Part shown: piece by piece, positions 1-11,847 of the stretch | How the letters are laid out: each line of letters opens with the position of its first letter | How positions within the stretch are numbered: the stretch's first letter is position 1 | DNA from: Antechinus flavipes | Lineage: Eukaryota | Direction: 5' to 3' | Assembly (NCBI RefSeq): GCF_016432865.1 | Contig: NC_067399.1 | Coordinates: 57,102,001 to 57,166,000 of the forward strand | DNA length: 64,000 nt | Program-made: the position numbers and the translations under genes | The notes under the pieces: generated by a model | What the model saw: the letters and a program-made list of their open reading frames with translations, nothing else | What the model was told of the DNA's origin: nothing | Databases searched by the model: none

Positions 1-230
1 CTTCCTTGCCTGGCTCTGTTTTCTAGGTTCAAAGTGGCCAAACACCCAAAGTTGGTATGAGGATCAAACAGATATCTATATATCTATAAAGGACTTTCAA
101 AGCTTTTAAGTGTTAAGCAAATATCATCTCTCCTCCTCCTCTGCTTCCCCCTTCTCTTCCTTCTTTTCCTTTTCTTCTTCCTCCTCCTCATTCTCCTCTT
201 CCTCATCTTCCTCCTGCATAGGGACACACA

Positions 231-416
231 GCTCAGCTGGGATGATCCCAATTTGGGGCTGGGGGTGGGCAGAATAGAGAGGAAGAAGCAATCTGGTAGT
301 TGGTGGTTTTACATCTCTTCTTTACCCCTCCCTGGTGCATACTACCAGAAGGCCAGGGCTCCTTCCACAATTTGCCACCATTGTCAGAGGTTGGGTCCCA
401 GAGACCCAAAAGACTG
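231..416 (+). repeat. Local duplication, copy 1 (CpG-free) of a ~185-bp element
   Basis: Aligns end to end with 2617-2800 (gctcagctgg...cccaaaagactg). Confidence 0.9.
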
Positions 417-420
417 ATCC

Positions 421-590
421 TCCTCCTTCTCTTTGTCCCTCCTCCTCCTCTTCTTCCTTTCTTCTTCTCTTCCTCTTCCTCCTCTCTCTCTCCCTCCTTC
501 TCTGTCTGTCTCTATTTTTCTCTCTTCCCTCATTCCCTTATTTTCTCTCTCCCTCCCTCCTTCCCTCTCTCTTCCCTTTCTCTCTTCAAA
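421..590 (+). repeat. Polypyrimidine (CT/CCT) low-complexity tract
   Basis: Almost exclusively C/T; a similar tract lies at 131-215. Confidence 0.9.
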
Positions 591-1197
591 AAAGGGAGGA
601 CATATACAGAACAATAGCTAGCAAGGATGATAGATTCTAGTCAAGGTTTTTTAAGGATCTGAGGCTTTGGGGCAGACTTTTCTAAGATCTGTCCCCAAGT
701 AACAGTGGTCCCTCAAATTACCCATATAAGTGTATGTATGTATAGTATATATACATATATATGTGTGTGTGTTTGTCTGTGTGTATATATACATATAGAG
801 AGATAGTATGCATTTTTAAATGAGATTCTTGTGGAGGTCAGAGTCAAGAGAACCTGATTTCCAGTCCTCTGAAAGATATTGGCTATGTGATTTTGGTCAA
901 GTTACTTACCTTCAAAGGATTAAAAGCTATAGGAAAAGGTGCTAACCTGCAGTGGAGAAGAGAGTTTCTTCCTCTGGAATTTCCCAAAGTAATGAAATAA
1001 CAGCTCTAGTCCAAAAGAAATATTTGAATATATTCATGTGTCTGCACATAGTCTCTCGTTCTGATGGGAGTTACTTTCAAGAAAGTATTGTTTTCTTTTT
1101 TCCTTATATCCTGGGTACCTAATACTATGTACCCCACACATAGCAGGTGTTTAATTAAAGGTTGTTGATTGAGTGATAACTTGATAGGACTTGGAGA

Positions 1198-1420
1198 GAC
1201 CTTAGAACACTGAATGTCGGAACTGGGAGGGGCCCTAGTACATGGAATGTCAGAGCCCGGGGGGACTTTATAACATGGAATGTCAGAGCCCAGGGGGACT
1301 TTATAACATGGAATGTCAGAGCCCTGGGGGACTTCATAATAAAGAATGTCAGAGTTGAGAGGGACCTTATAGAACATAGGATATTGAAACCAGAAGGGAT
1401 CAGAGAGCATAAAATGCTAG
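1198..1420 (+). repeat. 33-bp minisatellite (gggggactttataacatggaatgtcagagccca)
   Basis: Near-identical units at ~1230-1330 with degenerate flanking units; explains the 11-aa periodic ORFs at 1006..1410 and 1155..1337. Confidence 0.85.
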
Positions 1421-2616
1421 AGTTAAAAAGGCCCTCACACAGACTATTAAAGCTCAGTCTTCAAGAACATCCATTTCAGTTCCTTCCTTTACAGCTAATA
1501 AGATCTCGCATTTAGATGGTGCTTTAAGATCACAGTATCCGTTGACATCTATTATTCTCATTTGATCCTTACAACAATCCTATAATGCAAGTAATATTAG
1601 CCTCATTTTAGAGATAAAGAATAAAGAAATGACAGAAGTCCAAGATCCAACATCACTCCAAGAGTCTGTGACAGGGCTGAAGCCCACTTGAGAACTCTGA
1701 TCTCTATATCATATAGCCTGATTCCAAACCCAAACTAAAGTAAAAAAAAAAAAACTATTCTTAGTGTATGAGGGTATTCACTTAAGAATATAAAAACTAT
1801 TCACTACTATCTCCTTCTATAGGGGAATATTTTCAGATATAACCAAAGGAAGAAAGGAATAATAACCCCGTCCTTACGAGCAAGTAATGATAAACATTTG
1901 TTAAGTATCAAGGGACATACAATATTCAGATAAGGCATTGTACCTGCCTTAGCGGAGCTCACAATCTAGTAGTCTTTAATCTCTGAAGCATCCCAAAGAA
2001 GGATCAGATCATAATATCCCGAGTTCAAAGGCAAAATTCTCACCTGGGGATGGGGAGCAAGGTAAAGCTTGAATTTAATTCTTGGCCAACCCAACATTGC
2101 CCAAATCATTGTTTTCCCTTTTAAGAATAGAAGTCTCATAAGTCATAAGAAATCTCGGTGTATTATTATTTTTTTAATCTTTGTCTTTCCAGCCCATTCA
2201 AAGAAGGTGCTTAATAACTACTTGCTGGATTCATCTGAAGTCAATCCATAATACTCAAAGAAAAAAAAAGGTGAGAAAGTGTTAAACCCATCCAGAATCT
2301 ACAACTTTTCCACAGATACCAAAAGCCAAAGAGAGTGCACGTGTGTGAAGTGGGAGGAGGGGTGTAAGATGAGAAAAAAGCCAGGGACCAGGTAGTGCAC
2401 ACATTAAGGTCTCTGGAAACTTTCCAGTCCTCACAAGCCCTACTGCTGTTCTTGGTGCTATTTATTTTGGGAGCTTTTGACTTCTTTTGCTTCTTCTCTC
2501 TCAAACCTCCCAAATCACCTCCAGATTTGGGACAGGCCTTCATCTGGAAAGTTTGTTCAGTTGCCGGTCTCTCAGCAGATGGCTTGCCACTTTGCCAAAA
2601 CAAGTCTGGAGCTCCT

Positions 2617-2800
2617 GCTCAGCTGGGGTGATCCCAGTTTGGGGCTGGGGGTGGGCGGAGTGGAGAGGAAGAAGCAATCTGGTGGTCCGTGGTTTTACAT
2701 CTCTTCCCCCTTCCCTGAGCGCAGGCTACCAGGGGGCCTGGGCTCCTTCCACCATTTGCCACCAGTGCCAACGGTCGGGCCCCAGCGACCCAAAAGACTG
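2617..2800 (+). repeat. Local duplication, copy 2 (CpG-retaining) of a ~185-bp element
   Basis: Aligns with 231-416; contains six CpGs that are absent from copy 1. Confidence 0.9.
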
Positions 2801-3504
2801 GTACAAAGGAGGGAAGATGGAAGCCTCTGAGAGACGTGGAGCTTTGTGTCTGCAGATAGCCGATGTTGCACAAAGCACAGGAAACAGATGCGTGCATCTG
2901 CCCTGACAGCGGAGTGATGACAGGAGAACTCTGGAACAGCTCATATGTCAGGGGGAAGAGTTGGTTTTTTTTTTCCTTCTTTCTTTCTTTTTTTTTTTTC
3001 TTTTAAGAGGGGAACAGCAGCAGCACCTGTTCCCGGTGCCTGTGGCAGCAATTCATTGAGCACTTTGACTGGAGATGTCAATTATGGTAAAAAAAAAAAA
3101 AAAATGAATGAAGGAAGGAAGGAAGGACTGACTAGGTGAATGGTGACTACTAAATGTGAGGCAGTATGGTGTGGTGAGCAGAGCTCTGGACCTAGAGGTG
3201 GGAACCCCAAGGGCAGAGCCTCCACTCTGCTGCATACCGGCCCTGGGGTCTTGGGGAGGGGAAAATCACTCCAGTCTTAGCTTTCTCATCTGTGAAATGG
3301 GGCTTATAACACTTCTGTTGCTGATCTCAGAGAGTTGTTGGGAAGAAAGTGACTTTTAAACCATGAAAGAAGATAAAAATGGCAACCATGAGGCTTGTGG
3401 GGGCAGTACAGGATAGTAGACTGACTTGGAGAGAAGGGTTAGGTTTAGATCCTGCCTCAAAAACTTATTTGTCTTCTCTGTGACTCTAGGAAAGTTTGTG
3501 TCAT

Positions 3505-3700
3505 ACTCTTCATGACCCCATTTGGGGTTTTCTTGGCAAAAAATACTGGAGGGGTTGGCCATTTCCTTCCCCAGCTTATTTGACAGATGAGGAAACTGAG
3601 GCAGAGTTAAGGGACTTGCCCAGTTGGAAGTGTCTGAGGACAGATTTTTAATTCAGGAAAATGAGTCTTCCAGATTCCAGGTCCAACGCTCTGTCCACTA
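3505..3700 (-). mobile_element. MAR1-type CORE-SINE (RTE/BovB-like tail)
   Basis: ggggttttcttggcaaaaatactggag...gccatttcctt...gacagatgaggaaactgaggc. Confidence 0.7.
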
Positions 3701-5437
3701 TGACCACTCTATTTACTCTTCTAAAAAACTCAATGACCTCCAAGGGCCTTATACAACCAGTAGCTAGAACACTGAACTTGGAATGAGGAAGAGCTGAGTT
3801 CAAATTCTGCCTCAGATCCTAAATAACGGAGTCATTGTTTATATCTCTGAATTTCTGTTTCTTCATCTGTAAAATGGGGAGAATAACAGCTCCCATATCA
3901 CAAGTGTACTATGAGTGTCAAATGAGATTTTATATCTATTTATGTTGCTTTCAACATTTCAAAATGTTAGATAAATGATAATGATGATGATAATGATGAA
4001 GAAGATGATGATTTCAGTCCTAAATCTAAAATATTATGATGGTGTCAGGGGTAAAGGGTCATACTACCGATGCTCTGGATGCAAGTCACTCCATTGAGAG
4101 GCTAAAGGAACGGTTAACTTCACCTAAAAGGGTAATTGGAAAAGGAAAATAATAGCAAGTTGTCCTTGGCTGGGGGCCTTCAAGCAAAGGCTGGGTGATC
4201 ACTGGTCAGGGTGGAAGGAGGAGGGATTCTCCATTAAGAACTGGTTGGGCAAGATGGACTCTGAAGTTCTGATTCTGAGATGTTGTGAGATCACATCCCT
4301 CACGCAAGCAAGGGAGGTGCAAGGGATAATGGCCCCCTGGCATCCTCCACAGATGCATCTAGAAGTAACCTCTACCCGGTAGTCCAATATACTTGGGGTC
4401 CCCCTTACTCCTGATTCATCATTTCTGAAGAAAGCAGAAATCACATGCCCCAAATCCCACCCCACTCCATCCATAAGGGGGACTGGGGAAACTAGGTCAT
4501 TTAAGATACTATAGGTGTTATCTTCTCATTTTAAAGGTGAAGAAATTGAGATTCTTTGAGGTTAAAGAACCTTGGACAAAAACACAGTCTCGTTTTTCTC
4601 ATCTGTAAAATGAGAAATTTGGATTGAATTGACAGTTGGGTTTTTTTTCTGTCTCTAGTGTTTAGCTGTTTGGTCTCTTCCTTGATTCTGGAGCTTCTTG
4701 AGGAGAGGGCCCCAAGATTCTCAGTCTTAAACAGGATGACAAGAGAGACCCCAATGACCTTCAGGAAGGGATGGTTAAGTCTCTTCCAAGGCACAGATAC
4801 GGGCTACAAGGAGCCAAGTGGAAGAAAGTGGACATTGGCCTGGAAACAACTATATTCTATTTCTCTACCCCATCCATTAGAAAACTCAAGGGAAGGCTAT
4901 GAGTATTTATTTGACACCTTCTGACTATCCAAAAATCAAAGGCATAATCTTTGCCCTTTGATGAGGGGTTTGAGAGGGAACTACTTATAATCAAGTTGAT
5001 TTGAAAAGACACCAAAAAAACTCTAGAAAACTATAAGTATACATAATTGAAATCTGAATGTATTCTTTGTTGTCCATCATGCCCTACTTCTGGCCCTCCC
5101 AGTCCTGCTTCTGCTGATGTCCAGAAATTCAGAGGAGACCCAGCTCCTCTTTGGCATTCTGCCAGCTTCTAGGCCCTGAGCTGCTAGTCTTTGGCAGTCT
5201 TTCACAGCAAACAGGCCTGAAGCCATATACAACTGAAAACTCAGTTTCCTTATCTGTACAAAATGGGGATGAGCTAGATGGCCTTTCTTTCCAAAGACCC
5301 TTCCTATGCTAGAGCATTGGATTTGGAATCAGAATGAGTTGATTTTGAATTAAGATTCAGATGATTATTACTGATGCAATCCTGGGAACCCACTTAACCT
5401 CTCTCAGCCTCAGTTTCCCTGTCTGTAAAACAGAACA

Positions 5438-5640
5438 GTGAGACAGTGGATTGGAGTCAAGAAGACCTGAGTCCAAATAGTGCCTCAGTCATTTACAACT
5501 AAGCCCCTTCACCCTGGTTTGCCTCAGTTTCCCCATCTGTCAAATGAGATGGAGAAGGAAATGTCAAACCCTTCCAGTTTGACAAGAAAACCCCACATGG
5601 AGTCCAGGGGAGTCAGACACGACAACAAAGACAAAACTGA
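5438..5640 (+). mobile_element. MAR1-type CORE-SINE
   Basis: tRNA-like head, core cctcagtttccccatctgtcaaatg, tail ggagaaggaaatg...caagaaaacccc...gtcagacacgac. Confidence 0.7.
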
Positions 5641-5989
5641 GATAATAATTGTACATAACAATAATTGCACAAAGTGTTAAGCACTTTGCAGACCCTAAAG
5701 TTCTTTATAAATGCTACTGGTTATTACTCGTCATACTGTTCCAATTTCTCCAAAAAGATTTTTGTCATTTGTAAAATTCATTTCAAAAGAGTGAGTAATA
5801 AAACAGTTGTAGCTCCTGAACACTGGGAATGAAGCTGCCAGCAGCATCCACATCAGCATTCCAATTCCCAGAACCAACTTCACTCTGATCACCAATCAGG
5901 GCATGAAAGGGACATTAGGTACATTGGGTGAGGGAGTTCCTATGTCCAGGAAATCATGGGTCCTCAAAGCAATCTGGAAGCTTGAAATC

Positions 5990-6360
5990 TCAGAATTATA
6001 TCTGCTTCTTTCCCCTTCTTTTTCCTGTCTATTAAAGCTACCTTTATTGCTTCAAAAACCTTGTAGATTGAACATTCTTTTTCTACAAGTCCTCAATATG
6101 TCACACCTGGATTACCACAACCCTTGTGTCTTCCTTTTTCAATCCATTACACATATATGCTCCTGTCAGATTCAGAAAACTCTGCTTTCATTAAGAGACC
6201 CTCCTGCTCATGCACTGACTCTGGCTCCCTACTGCCTACCGAGTAAAGCCCAAAACTTTTACTTCACATGCCAAGCTTTTTACAACTTTGCTCTGTCCTA
6301 CTAAATCCAACCTTTCCAAGCACTCCCCGAATAGCTCTTCTGCTCTGACCAGGTCAGTTT
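5990..6360 (+). mobile_element. L2 LINE 3' fragment
   Basis: ggctccctactgcctacc...aaagcccaaactt...caagctttttacaac, typical of the L2 3' region. Confidence 0.55.
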
Positions 6361-6374
6361 ATACACAACTTGCC

Positions 6375-6528
6375 CCAGAATGCAGCCTAGACCAAATAAA
6401 AACAAAATTGGGAAATGTTTAACAAAATCAAAATACAACAAAACATAAATAATGTGAGTTTGTGATTTTCTAAGTTAGCATATATAGCCCCTAGGGAATC
6501 CGCTTCTGTTTTGAGTTTGATACCACTG
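6375..6528 (-). mobile_element. hAT-type MITE fragment
   Basis: Ends in gagtttgataccactg, a hAT-like TIR; a related copy lies at 57175-57330. Confidence 0.55.
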
Positions 6529-9267
6529 ATGTAAAGATTGTTCAAACTTCAAAGTACTACAGAGATATTATATTTATGTATTTTATTCTATATGTGGATA
6601 TACATCCTTGCTATATTAATATATTATCTAGACAAAATATTATTACATAATATATTGTTATATGGCAATACATTGTTATTGTAACTTTATCTTCACATAT
6701 AAATGTATACTGTTTCATATTTATTATCTATTAAGTTGATATGATCATCTCTAAAGTATGTCCTTCTCAATCTTTGCCCTATGCTATCCTCCTTCTGTGC
6801 CCTTTCTCTCTTCTTATAAGCATCTAGGTGGTGCACTGAAAAGAGTGCTGGTCCTGGCTTCAGGAAGACGAGTTCAAATCCTACCTCCAATTAGCTGTGT
6901 GACCCTGAACAAAACACAACCTCTCTGCCTCAGTTTCTCCATCTGCAAACCAAGATAACAGCAATACTTCTACCGCCCAGAGATATGGAGAAGATCAAAC
7001 GAGATAGCAATTATAAAGTGCTTAGCATAGTTCCTGGTGCCTAATAAGTGCTATATAAATGTTGACTGCTATTATTTCCATTAGATTGTAAGCTCTTTGA
7101 GGGCAGGGGATGTTCTCTGCTCCTTTTTGTGTCCCCAGAGCTTAGCCCAGTGCCCTGCACAAAGCAGGCACTAAATAAAAGTTTGTTGAATTGAGTAAGA
7201 AGAGATAATGTTTGTAAAGTTCTCTAAAGTTCTATATAAACACTAACTCAAAATTATCCAAAGCCTCCATATCCCTCATAGCCCAACAGAAATTCAGTCT
7301 CCACTAGGAAACCATTCCTAAGGTGATCGCACCAAATACCCTCTTCCCTAAACTTCCTTAATAGTTTGACATTGAATTGTTCTCCAATTGTTTCAGTCAT
7401 CTTCCTAACTAGACTATAAACCCCCTTGTTGTCAGGGACCCTAAATGAGAAACAGCCAGAAGAAATAGGGAATATAAGCATCAATCCTTCCCATTTTACA
7501 GATGATGAAACTGAAATTCTCAGAAAAGTGAAATGACTTCTGGAACCAGAACTCTAAAGCTGAAAGGGATTGTTGAGATTATCTAATCCAACTGTCTCTT
7601 ACAAATGGGTAAAATGAGTTTCCCTCACTGTCTTTTCTAAGGTTACAGAGAGCAGGGCTGGGCACCTAATAAGTCCCCTGCACCATCATACCTGACTTGA
7701 GCTTTGAGGGAACAAGGTCCCAAACCATCTCCTACAGTACCTAGAATAATTCTAGAGCCACAAATCATATTCAATATTTGCTGATTGATGGAAAATTCAG
7801 TAAGAGGGAAATCATGTTTGTAATGGCACCTTGTTGGGGGTATGAATCATAAAAGAGCATCATGATTTAGGAAGGAAGAGATGTAGCCAACCCTTAAAGA
7901 TCCTCCACATCCCTGAATGACCTACAAGCTGCTGGGGCACCCTAGGGTGGGGAGGAGAGCTGGAGGGGGGTGGATCCAGGAAGCCATGCAGACCCCAGCT
8001 TCCTCAGAGCCCTGGGATCACTCAGGGTCTGCTACTGGCCGGAATTCCTAACAAGTCAAGGGCAAGAGTTCACTTTGGTAGTTCCAAAGCTTCCAGGAAT
8101 TTACAAATTGTGCGACTCGCAGTAACCAATGAGAGACTTCAATTTCAATATCACTGAAAACACGACGTCCAGAAACAGGGTTTGGAGGGAACGTGATAGT
8201 TTTCAGTAAACCACATAAGTCTCCCAAAGACAGCTAAAAACCAGATTTGGCTTAAGAACAAAGTCATCAAACATCAGAATTCAGAGGGGGATGTAAAAAA
8301 AAAAAACAGCCAAAAAACAAAAGAATATTTGCTTTATGGGACACACTATGTCCAGGCTTCAAGTGGCCATTGGAGATGAACAGCACATGTGTTTGTAACA
8401 TGCAAGAAAGGATCCCACCTAGACAGACGCACACCAGAGACTTTGGAAGCATGTTACTGGCATAGAACCCTTCCACATGGATGAGGAAATTAGTTCTTGG
8501 TTAAAAAAAAAAAAAAGTTTCATTTAACCAAATCTACCACTGTACGTACACTCCAAGCCTGGATCAGACCTTTCCTTCAGAGATGGATAATGATGGCAAG
8601 ACCAAAGGGAATTAAGACAAGCTTTAGAGCCTAACCACATTTGCTTAAAACTACGTGCCATCATAATTGAATTTCAGCAGCAGCAGGCACCATCTACCCA
8701 ACAGAGCAATGTGAGCAGCTCTCCTGCGTCACTCCATCCCGAGGCTGCCTTCCCTTGAGACGAGACCGTGTTTCGAGTCCTAATGTCTGCGTCCCACTCC
8801 CACCCCAGCTCCAGAGTTCTGTCCAGTGGCTGTTTCAGATACAGCAGATGCAGAGCTCTCACTGCGACCTGCCCAACTATGAGTGATGCTGCTAGAATGC
8901 TCACAAGAGACACCACGCTGTCTCCTTTTGACGGGTTCTAAAGTACACACACCTGACTTCAGATTCCAGCACCAGCTGTTTGGGGATCAGACCTGAACTC
9001 TTTAACAGAACCACTTTTCGCTCTGGAGTCCTGAAATTGTTGTGATCTATTCCTGGCTTCAACATGTCAATGTTCTAAAAATGTTCTGACCCAGTGACAT
9101 CAAGGCAACTGTTTTGACATCTCAGCTCCTGGCGTTTCCTCCACAAGAGATAACCAAAATATTCTGTTCCACCAGCCGAAAGCAAAGCTCGCCGACTCTC
9201 CTGAGAGGCAGGGAACCCAATCTTTCTTCCCTCCCCCCCTCCCCATTTTTCCAGTCAGGAATAGAGT

Positions 9268-9276
9268 GCCTACCTT
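9268..9276 (-). other. GSE1: 5' splice donor ending the giant exon (AAG|GTAGGC)
   Basis: Plus strand 9268-9276 gcctacctt reads AAG|GTAGGC on the minus strand, at the end of conserved-looking protein sequence. Confidence 0.75.
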
Positions 9277-11847
9277 GTGTGTAGCTGCTGGGGAGGCCCT
9301 GACCAGCACTCCCGGATGGCTCAGGGCTTTGCCGGCAAACACCACGGTGCCACACTCCACACAAGCCCCAATGATCAGCTGCTTGCCATCATCCACCAGC
9401 AAACTGTGCCCGGCTCTCAGGGTGTAGAGAAACATGGGCAGGCGGGCCACACGCACTGCTTTTAATCCAAGACATCGCTTTTTCTCCTGCTGGCAGAAGA
9501 AGCACACGAAGGTCTCCACTTTGTACTGCCTGGACCAGGCGCTGATGGGGTGGTGGGAGCTTCTGCCTTCGTGCTGCAGCCACTGTCCTAGCAGGTCGTG
9601 GTAGCAGAGCACACAGGTGGCCACCAGCCCTGTGGAGTCAGCGGGCCTGGCCCGGGGGGCCGGAGGATACACCGTAAGGAATGGGAAGAAAGGTTCCTTC
9701 TCCCCAAAGCGGCTTGGAGGGTTCACGTTGAGCTGAAACTCCTTCCCAGGCCCCAGCTCGGCCCCACAGATGTAGCACACAGACAACGGGCCCCCCTTCA
9801 CTGAGGGATGCACCGCTAGCCCCCCAGGATCAGTGAGTGAAAACACCTGATGGTATCGCCCCAGGAAACTCTGCACCGAGTTTATGAGCTCCTCATTCTG
9901 GCAGGCCCTGTACATGGACCAAATATCTTCCAGCACCCCATAGCACTTGGGGCAGCTGCGGACTTCCCAGTGCCTGTTAAGTCCTTTGGCATTGGGTGGA
10001 CAAGGCAGGAGATTCACAAAAGGGAAATGCATGGTGTTCTTGGCACTACCATTGATGATCCTGGTGGGCACTGTCCGGGAATCCTGGGCACAGTCCTCCC
10101 CACAGAGGTAGCAGGCCTCCTGCTGAGGCCCAGCAGGGGCTCCCTCTTCCTTCAGAGGCCTCCTCCCTTTGGAAGACATCCCTGGATTCAGAGGCACCAC
10201 ATAAAGCCTCTGCAGAACTGGCACGTTGGCCAGTTCAAAGCTTTGCCACTGTTGCATGAGGGAGGAGAAACAGCAGGAGCACACCAGGGTGCTGCCCCCA
10301 GGGCTGATGGGCAGGGCCCCCGGGGGTGGGCTGTGCAGCCACAGGAAAGGAAAGAAAGGGGCCTGTGCCGTCTTCTCCTGCTTCTGAACGTGAATCTGGT
10401 GCTGAGAGGCCAGGCTTAGGAGGTTGCCACAGATATAGCAGCAGGTGTGCTCTGGGGTAGGAGCCCAGGGGTCTTGGGACCCCGGATTATTGCTACTCCC
10501 ATTCTCCTTGTCTGCCAGGCCACCGCCACTTTTCGGGGCAACCTCCCAGCGACTACAAGGGTTGGGGAAAGTCTGCTTCTTCTGGTCTTCCTCATCACTG
10601 GTGATGTTGATCTCGCCTTCCTCGGAGGTCCCACAGCCCCCGTGACTTTCAGGACGTGGCTTGGGACCCGGGGTTTGGGATGTCCTCCCCTGGTTGATGG
10701 CCGAGAAGCCGATGTTATTTTTCAGGCCATCCCCCGGCGGGCACTGGAAAGGGGGTCCCCTCCAGTTGCCCTGAATGCCCCTCAGGACACTGGGGCTGTC
10801 TTCGGGGACCCAGTGCGTGGGTGTTCCTTTTTTCTTCCTCCTGGTGCCCATTTTGCGCCCGGGATCGGGCTGCCCTGTTGGCCCCTCCACACTCGATTCT
10901 GCGGGGAGGGTGTTCTCTGAGCCAGAGTGCGTTGAGGGGATTGCAGAGGGAGGCCACTCTCTGAACCGGCCCACAAGCACCCCTGTCCCGGGTCCGCGGA
11001 GGACGCCCTGGGGAGCGGCCATGGGCGGCTTGAGCAGCTGGGGACCCCCGCCTGCTTCCTTCGATGGGGGCGGACCGTAGCCTGGGCTTCCCTGGTCCCT
11101 GGGGGCCGGGCCTGGGGCGGGCTCAGGCTCCGAGAGATGGTCTGTGTCGGAGAGGGAAGACAAGTCCGAATCGTGCGCCTCCTCCTGGGGAGGGCGGGCG
11201 CCCCTCCTCGCGCTGCCGTCTCCTACGGCCCCCTCCCCTTCGTCGTCGTCCTCGTCGTCGTCCTCTTCGCCCGGCTCCAGGGCGTAGGAGAGGTTCCACT
11301 CCTGGGGGGCCGCGGCGCGGCGGCCCGGAGCGCCCCCGCCCGCCTCGCACTGGTAGGGCCGCTTGAGCCAGTACATGCGCTTCTCCACGGGGGTCCTGGA
11401 GCGCTCGAACGCTGCCCACTGCTCGCCCAGGAAGCAGCGGCAAACCGCGCACACCAGCACGCAGCCGTCCGCTGGGGACACTTCCCGAGCGCCGGGCGCC
11501 GGCTCCTGCTGCTGCAGGAAGGGGAAGAAGGGCTGGCCTTGCAGGCTGCCCCCGGGCCCGGCCGCTCCGGCCCCAGAGCCGGCCGCCTCTCCGCGCCCCG
11601 GCGCCGGCTGCTTTACCTGCAGTTTCAGCTCCTTGCCGCGGCCGATCCCCCCGCCGCAGATGAAACACGAGAGCGGAGCCGCCGCCTGGCCCCCGCTGCC
11701 GCTGCCGGGGGGCTTCTCGGGGCCGCCGCCGCCGCCGGCCCCTGGGGCCGCCGGCCCCAGGCTCTCGCTGCCGGACGCGATGGCTGCCATGAGCCGCTGC
11801 TTACGGGAGATCGGGGGCTCCTTCTCCAGTTCGCTCCTCTTGTCCAT
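9274..11847 (-). CDS. GSE1: Large first coding exon (858 codons from ATG 11847, phase 0) of the GSE1 long isoform; Plexus-like N-terminal region with five C4 (CxxC...CxxC) modules
   Basis: Frame is open from 12150 to 9103. First in-frame ATG is at 11847 (MDKRSELEKEPP); the track's start at 11958 is GTG. A strong donor AAG|GTAGGC follows codon K (9276-9274), and the 57 read-through codons after it look intronic. Five repeats C[YF][IL]C...[PH]FFPF[LV]...P[AP]P.A...CxxCxxxLxxQW; an acidic tract (EEDDDEDDDE); a basic NLS-like RRKKK. Gene identity is from recall of the distal giant exon of vertebrate GSE1 and Drosophila plexus, not from a search. Confidence 0.78.

Noticed and set aside
9100-9273. 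Last 57 codons of the 952-aa ORF as genuine CDS
   Set aside because: They follow a strong splice donor and look intronic; kept only as a read-through hypothesis
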